From Batkoa obscura (Eukaryota): a stretch of 37,232 nucleotides of DNA. The notes beneath the pieces were generated by a model. That model saw only the letters and a list, made by a program, of their open reading frames with translations. It had not been told where the DNA came from and did not search any database. Position 1 is the first letter of the stretch, and each line of letters opens with the position of its first letter. This document shows, in pieces, positions 25,334-34,134 of this stretch. The stretch is from positions 1 to 37,232 of the forward strand of contig JASVEC010000170.1 in NCBI GenBank assembly GCA_030770535.1, given 5' to 3'. The position numbers and the translations under genes are program-made.

Positions 25334-26660
25334 TATTTAAAATAAAAATAAAATAAAATTTTACTAATAGTTTTATTATCAATCATTTTTAAACTAAGTA
25401 CAACCAATAAAATTAATAAAACAAATTAAATTTAGTTGTATAGTTAGATTTTTAATATAATTGATTGTTATAATTAAAGATATAAAACATAACGTTAGCT
25501 ATAAAAAACAATAATTAGCTTCAAAGCTATAATAATTATTTTTATAATATGGGGTTGTCTGAATTAGTTTCATTATTGTCCAATTTTTTAAAAATTTGTA
25601 TTTTAAAACTTGCTTAAAATTCTAAAAATAAATTTTTTATCAAAACAAAAGTACGCAGACACAGTTCTAAATCATTCTATTACAGTTTATACTGTAAGTT
25701 AGCTGAATTTCTACTAGATCTTAAATACATGTTCTTATAAAACTTTATTGAGAAATATTTATTATCAACTGCTTTATAACCAACATTGTAGATTTGTTAT
25801 CAAATAAATAAACTATTTTAATGTTATAATTACATTATTAATATATTGCCAAGTTAATAAATAGCTGCATGGGAGGGAATGGTTAGCCCGAAAACTATAA
25901 TTAACCATCCCTATATAGTACAAGTAATGATAGTTTTTACATATTATTGCAGTTACTTGTTTTTTGACTATTTATTAACTTAGCTATTAATAACTTAAGT
26001 AATCTTAACATTTAACAATCTATTTCTATCATTTAACAAACTACTTACTTGCTTAGTACATATCGAAATTTTGAAATTCTCTGTTATCTTCGTAAGGTAA
26101 GCTGGGATCGATCTTTTAATTTTTCTATTTTCTACAGACTCTATAACTCTAATTGGGACTATATCGCTTTTTTTTGATGTATCAGATACTGGATAACAAT
26201 GTAGTTTATTGTTATGTTTAATAAAGTGTAAATACTTCTTAATGCCCTGCATCTCTATTATTCTTTTTGTATTTTTGTTTCTTTTATACTTTTTAAAAAT
26301 TATATCTGTTTTCCCATTATTAACAGTCGAGTTATTAATTTTATTATGCTCGCAAATAAAAGCCTCAAATCTTGAAATTAATTGATCAATATCTTCTATT
26401 TTACCTAGTGCTTCAAAACTACTTTTCCATTTTGAAAGATTTCCAAAATATCTATCAACTATACTTTTTCCATGATGCTCAGAAAAAGAACTAAGATCAA
26501 TATTTAAACTATTATTTATTTTATGAATTTTTTAAACATATAATGCAGGAACTTCTGGGATTTAAAATGATTTCCTGTATCTACTCATATATTAGTTTTT
26601 GTAAACTTTTTAAATAAAAGCTTTGTAGAGATTAAATCGATTAAACAATCTCGTACATAT

Positions 26661-26759
26661 GGAGATGTATTTTTGTGTTTAAGAATTTTACTAACAAATC
26701 TTCCGATTAAATAATGCTTAAAAAATGGAAAAAACAATGAAGTCAAAAAAAACACTCTC
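26661..26759 (+). mobile_element. 99-bp MITE in transposase copy 2 (antisense to the transposase)
   Basis: TCGTAC-ATAT|GGAGATGTATTTTTG...CAAAAAAAACACTCTC|ATAT-GCTGAATC. Confidence 0.95.
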
Positions 26760-27252
26760 ATATGCTGAATCATGATTTAATATTTCAGATAGATAATCAA
26801 AGTAAACTTTGCCTGTTGTTTTATCATCTTTTAGATATAAAACACCAAAACTGAATACTGATATAGCTTGTTTATTATAATAACCTAAATTTATTGAACC
26901 TGGTTTTGTTGCTATTTCCATATTTTGTTTAAAATCTAAAATTCTTATACAACTTCTATTATTTAATTTTTCAATAGTTTCATTAAATGTGTTTTTTTAA
27001 GTATCAACACAGAATTTATGTAATTTGCATAATTTTCTTCTTCATTAGAAACTTCTTCTATCTCTATTTTGTTTTCAAATAACTTTTTTCTAACTGTATA
27101 CTGGGCACATATATTACATAGATCCGTTTTTCTTGCTGCATTTTTGAAATTATTTGCTATATATTTAAGAAATACTGACCTAGCTACTACTTTATCTTTT
27201 AAATCATTAAAATATTTACTGTATATCATTCTTCTACTTTTATTTAATATAT

Positions 27253-27348
27253 GGGGATGTATTTTTGATTAAGAATTTTACTAACAAATCTTCCGCTTAA
27301 ATAGCGCTTAAAAGGTGGAAAAAGTAATGAAATCAAAAAATCATCCCC
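27253..27348 (+). mobile_element. MITE in transposase copy 2
   Basis: ATAT|GGGGATGTATTTTTG...AAATCATCCCC|ATAT, inside a (TA)n run that is empty in copy 1 (10450-10460). Confidence 0.95.
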
Positions 27349-27420
27349 ATATATATTATCTGATGAATATTTACTATCATTATTTTTTTATTAAATCTTG
27401 ATGAAATATTGAATCATTTT

Positions 27421-27504
27421 TAGTTAAAATTTTACTAATAATTTTTTCCACTTAAATAGCGCTTAAAAGATAGAAGAAGTGATGAAGTCAAAAAACACAC
27501 CCTC
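27421..27504 (+). mobile_element. 5'-truncated MITE at a deletion junction in transposase copy 2
   Basis: ...TTTTACTAATAATTTTTTCCACTTAAATAGCGCTT...ACACACCCTC|ATAT-ACTGAAGCT. The left end is missing together with the equivalent of copy-1 ~10224-10384. Confidence 0.85.
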
Positions 27505-27618
27505 ATATACTGAAGCTATAGTTGATAATAATGCTACTTATTAATTTTTATTTTCTGTTTCCCTCAAAGCACTAATTTTATACATTGCTTGATTAATTTT
27601 ATTACTATCGATAGTAAA

Positions 27619-28077
27619 TGTGAAATCTGGTACTCAGTTTGGAGTCAAGAACAGCTATTGCTGGGTTCTACACTATAAGTCGAAAGGTCTTAGTTTATGT
27701 GACTAAGATAGACTTGGATTATGAGAAATAGCACGTAATAGGTTACAAGCTATATAAGACAAATAGAATAGATAATACTAATGTAAAATCTACGAAAAAT
27801 ACTATTAAGAAAACTTAGTAGCTTATTAAATGTTTCGAGATATCAGTAAATAATTCAGTTAAGAAGCCTCGACTATTATACTCTGTAAACTCTTTTATCC
27901 TCTGAAAAGTATAAATATCAAAATGAGAAGATAATATTCTTTTGGATGGAGCTAGAAATTCTCATAACAAATCAAACTAAGAACATGGGATTGATTTCCT
28001 CTGAGCTCGAGAACACAACAGCTTAGGCGATTGTTATGTTATAATTAACCATGGGACTGACAAAGCGATATTTCACA
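27619..28077 (-). mobile_element. solo-LTR-like element, copy B
   Basis: TGTGAAAT...ATTTCACA perfect 8-bp inverted termini. The empty site in copy 1 (rc TCGATAGTAAACTTTG) shows AAA duplicated, possibly an eroded TAAA. Strand inferred. Confidence 0.78.
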
Positions 28078-28490
28078 AAACTTTCATAATGTCTTTTCTT
28101 TGTTTTGCTTTATTATAAATTCCATAAACCCAGGGTTATTATAAGTAGCTCTTAAAACTGATAAATGAATTACAATGTTTATATTGTGTATCCTCCCTAT
28201 TGTATTGAATTTTCAAAAATTCTATTTCGAAGTTTAGTTATGAAAGTTTTATTTTACTTTTATTTCAACAAAAAATAAAGCCAAATAGCTGTATTTATAT
28301 AATTATATAATTTATATTATATATTTACTAAATACTTAACAGAAATAACATAAAATATGTAGTTAGAAAATTAACTATTTAAGAAAAGGAAACATTTAAA
28401 ATAAGTTTTAAATAAGAGATTTTATTTAGGCTTTTTAGATTTAACCATCACATCATATATAAATTTAAAATTTAAATTTGGATTAACTTC

Positions 28491-28944
28491 TGTAAATATC
28501 GCTTTGTCAGTCCCATGGTTAATTATAACTTAACAATCGCCTAAGCTGTTGTGTTCTCGAGCTCAGAGGAAATCAATCCCATGTTCTTAGTTTGATTTGT
28601 TATGAGAATTTCTAGCTCCATCCAAAAGAATATTATCTTCTCTTTTGATATTTATACTTTTCAGAGGATAAAAGAGTTTTACAGAGTATAATAGTTCGAG
28701 GCTTCTTAACTGAATTATTTACTGATACTCGAACATTTAATAAAGCTACTAAGTTTTCTAATAGTATTTTTCGTAGATTTTACATTAGTATTATCTATTC
28801 TATTTGTCTTATAGCTTGTAACCTATTACGTGCTATTTCTCATAATCCAAGTCTATCTTAGTACATAAATAAGACCTTTCGACTTATAGTGTAGTTAACC
28901 CAGCAATAGCTGTTTTTGACTCCAAACCTAAGCACAATTTTACA
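28491..28944 (+). mobile_element. solo-LTR-like element, copy C (inverted relative to B)
   Basis: CTTC|TGTAAATATCGC...AATTTTACA|CTTC, a 4-bp TSD supported by the empty site in copy 1 (~9655-9675). Confidence 0.8.
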
Positions 28945-29159
28945 CTTCTAATAAATTCTGAAACTAATTTGGACAAATATTAATTATTTAATAATAACTG
29001 TTACTCATTATTAAATTAAGCAATATCTTTAAGTATTAATTGATATTTTTATTTTATGCTTAAAATCATTAGAGTTTTATATTTTATTTAAAGATAAGTT
29101 TTTAAATTATTAAATTATTAAATAAACATAAATACTGCTTGATTTCATTATTTCTATTT

Positions 29160-29253
29160 GGGGATGTATTTTTATGTTTAAGGTTTTACTAACAAATTTT
29201 TCCACTCAAATAGCGCTTAAAAATGAAGAAATAGTGGTAAAAAAAACATTCCC
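29160..29253 (+). mobile_element. 99-bp MITE family copy
   Basis: ATTT|GGGGATGTATTTTT...AAAACATTCCC|ATTT. The non-palindromic direct repeat supports a true 4-bp TSD. Confidence 0.93.
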
Positions 29254-29613
29254 ATTTAATAAAAAATGAGTAAAAAAATTTTAGCTAACTATTTATAACA
29301 AATTAAAGAATTTTAATTTTAATTTTAATACTTAACAAAGTTATAAATAAAAGAATAATATACAATAAGTAAATCATATAAAAAATTGATAAAAAATAAT
29401 ATAATTAAAAAATAAAATAAGTTTATTAAAATTATACATAATAAAAGTTAAAAAGAAAAGTCATTACAAAAAGTTTTTTTAATATTTGATATTAAAGTGT
29501 TATATAAAGCACATTGTTAGTTATGATTTTTTACTATAAACAGCTAATTTTAAAACTTTTATAGCTTTTTTACTAAGCATTAACTTTTATAACTTATAAA
29601 TTCAAGTATTAGG

Positions 29614-30075
29614 TGTGAAATCTGGTACTCAGTGATTGGAGTCGAAAGCAGTTATTGCTTGGTTGCCTATGCTGTAAACCGAAAGGTCTTAGTTATGTGA
29701 CTAAGATAGACTCGAATTATGAACAATAGGACGTAATAGGCTACGGACTATGTAAGACAAATAGAATAGACAATACTACTATAAAATATATGTGAAACAC
29801 TATCAGAAAGATTTAGTGGCTTTATTAAAGGTACAATATCAGAGAATAGTTCAACTAAAAGCCTTGAGTTATCATGTTCTAAAATCTCATTTATACTTTA
29901 ACAAGTATGGCTGTCAAGACAGCAAGATAATGTTCTTCGGAATTACATGACAAAAATTCTCATAGCAAATCAAAACAAGAGCTTGGGGTTGCTTGTGCCT
30001 GAACTCGAGAACACAATAACTTAAGTAATTCTTATATTATAGTCAATCCTAGAGCTGACAAGGTGGTATTTCGCA
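29614..30075 (-). mobile_element. solo-LTR-like element, copy D
   Basis: TGTGAAATCTGGTACTCAG...ATTTCGCA. Closer to copy A than to B/C. TATAAAT and AATAAA on the - strand. Confidence 0.75.
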
Positions 30076-30561
30076 GTATTAACAAATAAATTTTAATCAT
30101 ATTTAATAAACTTTGTATTAGAACAAAACTTTATGAATATTAAATTTGCTATCAGAATATTATAATCAAATATAGTTTATTTAAATTAGTAAAAAAAATT
30201 AAACTTTTTTAAACTTTATTTCTTATATTGTTTTATAAAGTATTCAAAAGATAAAGAAGTTTTTGAAAGCAAAAGCTATGTTCAATAATGATTGACAATA
30301 ATTGATTGTTATAAACGCTTTGTAAAAAACAAAAGAAACTAATATTTACAAATAGACTAAATTTAATATATAGTTATAGCTTAATCTTTTTGTTAAGCAG
30401 CTTATTGTGTGGCCAGCTGCTACTTGTTTAACCACTTCAAGACTTAACTATAATTCAAAAGCAAAAAGGCTCACCTGAATAATCACTCAACTTTTTTCCT
30501 TTTTTCCTTTGTATTAAATAAACCATTTGTCCATAAGGGCTTAAGATATTCAGAAAAACAT

Positions 30562-30657
30562 GGGAATGTTTTTTTTGGTTTCATCAGTTTGTCATTTTAA
30601 GCACTATTTGAGTGGAAAGATTGTTAGTAAAACTATTAAACAAAAAAATATATCCCC
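30562..30657 (-). mobile_element. 99-bp MITE family copy
   Basis: ACAT|GGGAATGTTTTTTTTGG...AAATATATCCCC|ATAC, with a degenerate TSD. Confidence 0.88.
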
Positions 30658-30680
30658 ATACAACTATAAAAGTAGTTTAT

Positions 30681-31355
30681 TTAATAAAGCTCCGAGGTTC
30701 TTGGCATTAAGGTATTTAAACTCTAATTTAATTATATCTTTACATAATATCATACATATTTATAAGGATAACTAAAGCTATGAGACAACTTAATAATTTG
30801 ATTATTGTTTAGTCTATTGAGCATAATTGGTAAATAGTCATCATTCACTTTTCTGAAATGATTTTCATAATGCTAACGATTTTATTTTATTTTATTTTTT
30901 GGTTATATAATTTTATATTACCTCCAATAAGTGAGTAAAGTGTAGTTCAGATTGAGGATTCAACCCTTCTATTAAAAATATAGATTTAAAAGTACTCAAT
31001 TCAATCATAAGTGTATCCAACCTTGCGTGTAACTTTTTTGCAATATCATACTTTAAATAGAGCAATAAAAGGGGATAGAGACCTTTTTCTTCAAATAAAT
31101 AGTAAATTGAAACTATGAAATTTAACACTTTTGTTTTTATGGAGACATGTTATTATTACTTTTTAATATTATGCTATTTAGAAATATAGAGCGGGGAACT
31201 TTCTTGAAATCGTCTTTTTGGAAGACTCGATACATATACGTGATATAATCATAATCCTTTTTTATCGCAACATCAAATCGATCATCTTTAGAATGGGTAT
31301 ACATCCTATGGTTAAATAAGTTATAAACCCAACTTAAACTAGCATCACTTTCCAT
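30681..31355 (-). CDS. degenerate hemerythrin-like (HHE) protein, paralogue of 32471-33201
   Basis: Introns 31113-31159 (phase 1) and 30873-30921 (phase 0) sit at positions equivalent to those of the paralogue. Protein: DVAIKKDYDYITYMY...LKISIYYLFEEKGLYP...HLLEHYENHFRKVNDDYLP. The last exon (SLNTLMPRTSELY*) needs a 33-nt intron and is uncertain. Confidence 0.68.
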
Positions 31356-32470
31356 TGTTTAATTTTTTAAATCATAAAAACCAAAAGCAAAAAGTTGTAT
31401 TTTAAAAACTCATCTTATATCACTTTATAAGATGTTTTTATAATGATTTGACACCACTTAGTATTTAGCACTTTAAAATCTAATCTATGCCAAAGTATGA
31501 CATGTGGTAAACGTTATATTATAAGAGCAATAAAGAAGTTACAAAACTGTAAAAATATAGTCTAAATTGTAATATAAATATTCAATATAGTTTTTATAAT
31601 AGTATAGTTCGTTATCCGAGATACTAAATCTACAAAATATGATATAATCATAGGTACTGAATTATTATATATAAAATGTCAATTTAGAAACAAATGAGTT
31701 TAAATATTGGAAAATAAATTGACTAAAGCTCCAAATATCTTTAGTTTTGATGAAAAAGTCTGTTTCAAATACTGAGTTTTAAAAATTACAAGAATTTATA
31801 AGCAGAGTGTGATGCTTATTTTAAAAAAAGTTAAATTGTTTTACTTAAAATTCCATGCTTGTGATTTCTAGTCTATTAGACTCTGGTGTTTTTAAACGGA
31901 ATGGCTAAGTTAAATTTGTGTCCATCTCATAATTTAGATGGAAAATAGACTTGATTCCTTATATTTGTGATTCTAAGCTTTATTATATATACTTATATAA
32001 AAATATAGAGTAATGCCATCTTTTTAAATATATCCCTGATAATCATACACAAATAGGCATATAAGAAATTTAGATGCTTCATCCTAAGTAGAGCTCATCT
32101 ATATATTTTTTAACTTATACTGTGCTTTAGGTTTATAAGTATACTAATGTATGATACCCAGCAAAAATTATATCATTAATTGACTTCATTAATTATAAGC
32201 GCTATTAAGCAAAAATTATATTCATTATACATAAATTATAGCTTTATTTATGATTGAATTATTACTCTCTCCCTTTAAATAAATTTTTAGCTTTAACTGC
32301 AAAATCATATCATTAGAAATTTGACAGTATGCAATTCTAGTTTAATAGCCCATAAATTAATTATTAATATTTACTAGTATTGATAAAATAGTACTTTATA
32401 TATTTGGTGCTTTGAAGTTTTAATAGAAAATGTTTATAAAGCTTTATTAAGCAATGAATAGAGTGAGATT

Positions 32471-33201
32471 CTATTCTCCCAAAATCGGATTATCTGGAGC
32501 CAAAGGGTTGATTCTATTTAAATATTAAAGTATTAATAAACTATATTTAAAAGATGATACTTTTTGATATCAACCTTTTTAAACTCTAAATACGAGTTTA
32601 ATAAAGATCTCTGCTCCTTTTGGGTTAACTCTTTTAAACAGGTTGGCATTTGGTAGTTCTCTTCGTCTCTTGCATGAATTTGGAATTCCTAAATCTAAAT
32701 TTAATTTTATCACAGTAATATATTTTTACATCAATGATTTCATCTAACCCTTTTTCGAACTCGTCACATATACCTTTTTTAACATATAATAGACTTAAAT
32801 TATACATATCGTTGCATAACTTTCGATGCTCTTGAAGCAGTTTCATTGCACTTTGTTCACCAAGAATTTGAAGTAGTACTGGGTATATAATGGTTTCTTC
32901 TGTTATACAATGTGAGGATACTAATAATTAGTTACTTAATATACTAAACATAAAAAGTCTACAATATTAGATGGTCGAAAATACTTCATGTTAATTTTAC
33001 CTTACTCAATGCTACCATCTCATTTATATATTTCTTTTTCTCTGATTGAGAATTGGACTTTAATTTACTTAACTTATAAAGGTAAATTATACAGTCATGC
33101 TCTTTTTTTATAGCAATATCTATACTTTCTCCGTCTGAATGCTCAAATAACTTTAAGTTAAATATTTCATGTAACCAATTGGAATTATCAAAGGTAGACA
33201 T
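32471..33201 (-). CDS. hemerythrin / HHE cation-binding domain protein
   Basis: Introns 32921-33005, 32689-32729 and probably 32514-32560 give IKKEHDCIIYLY...LISSHCITEETIIYP...LLQEHRKL...EFQIHARDEENYQMP...INPLAPDNP, the H / HxxxEE / H / HxxxEE pattern. Confidence 0.82.
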
Positions 33202-34134
33202 TTTATATTTTACTTGTATTAAAAAGTATCAAAATAATGTTCAAATACCTTTTATAGTTTAAAAATCTGTAATTTTTATTAACGTAAATAAAATGCAATT
33301 GTTCTAGATAGATCATTGAGATGTAACTTAGTCATAAGTTCAATTTGTTAGTTACATTAAAAATAATATAAGTGCTTATAAAAAAGATCGAAACACTCAT
33401 GCAATATGGTTTGGAAACCACTTATATGAAAATTCTTATCAATTACGACTATATTTATAAAATAAAAAAAGTATAGAATAACTCTAACTTTGTGTCCTCC
33501 TTTCTACTCTGTTAGCGCTTTATCTTTATTTTTATCATTTTAATTGATAATTAGGGGTTTCGTAATATTATAAAACTTTATTGCCACTTCAAAGCCATCC
33601 TTTGATCACTAATGCTTTTTAAACTAGAGGCTTTGAACTTTACCAGATACATATTTTAAACTTAGTTATTAATAAACAACCATTTCAAATTATTTTTTTA
33701 TTATATTTTTCGTGAAGCAATGCGATTTTTATTTTTTAATAGTCACCGTTTTGAACATTTATCCTACTTTTTAAAAGGAATAATTTATGTCTTTATAAAA
33801 AGCATTTTGCTATAACAAAAATTCGAATGTTCTTTAACTCTTTTCTTCAAACATACTCTCATGTCTTTCTTTAGCACTATGATCTTATATATATCAATAA
33901 TTAACATAGAACTTCAATATTAAAAAGTTAATAGCTATTTAAAGAGAAAATAGTGATGAGCAAAGTGATTTTTAGTATTTTAAGTGACAATTACCTACGG
34001 TGTGTTTGTAGGTATTTCAATGAAATTGTTATACAAGCATTAAGAAAATGGAAACAATCACTAACCGTTTGCTCTAGCATGGCTGTTATTTTTATTTGAA
34101 ATTCTACTTTATTTAGCTTCAACTTTGAAAATAT

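Larger units (their letters stand above)
25995..28252 (-). pseudogene. DDD transposase pseudogene, copy 2
   Basis: ORF fragments 25995-26252, 26585-26773, 26718-26921 and 26963-27229 match copy 1. ATG is lost, with several frameshifts, TGA at 26585-26587, three MITEs, one LTR-like insertion and a ~160-bp deletion. Confidence 0.88.
25551..28976 (-). mobile_element. Sola2-like DNA transposon, copy 2, with five nested insertions
   Basis: ATAT|GGGGTTGTCTGAATTAGTTTCA at 25551 is the reverse complement of the copy-1 right end. The other end, TTCTGAAACTAATTTGGACAA|ATAT, has lost its terminal CCCC. Colinear with copy 1 throughout. Confidence 0.88.

Noticed and set aside
27619..30075. LTR-like copies as the ends of a full-length retrotransposon
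   Set aside because: B and C are inverted with separate target duplications, B and D are diverged, and no gag/pol, PBS or PPT is seen between any pair. A Ginger-type non-autonomous element is not excluded.
32000..32190. Possible third hemerythrin-like remnant (MKSINDIIFAGYHTLVYL*) between the two paralogues
   Set aside because: Similarity is too weak and the frame stops immediately.
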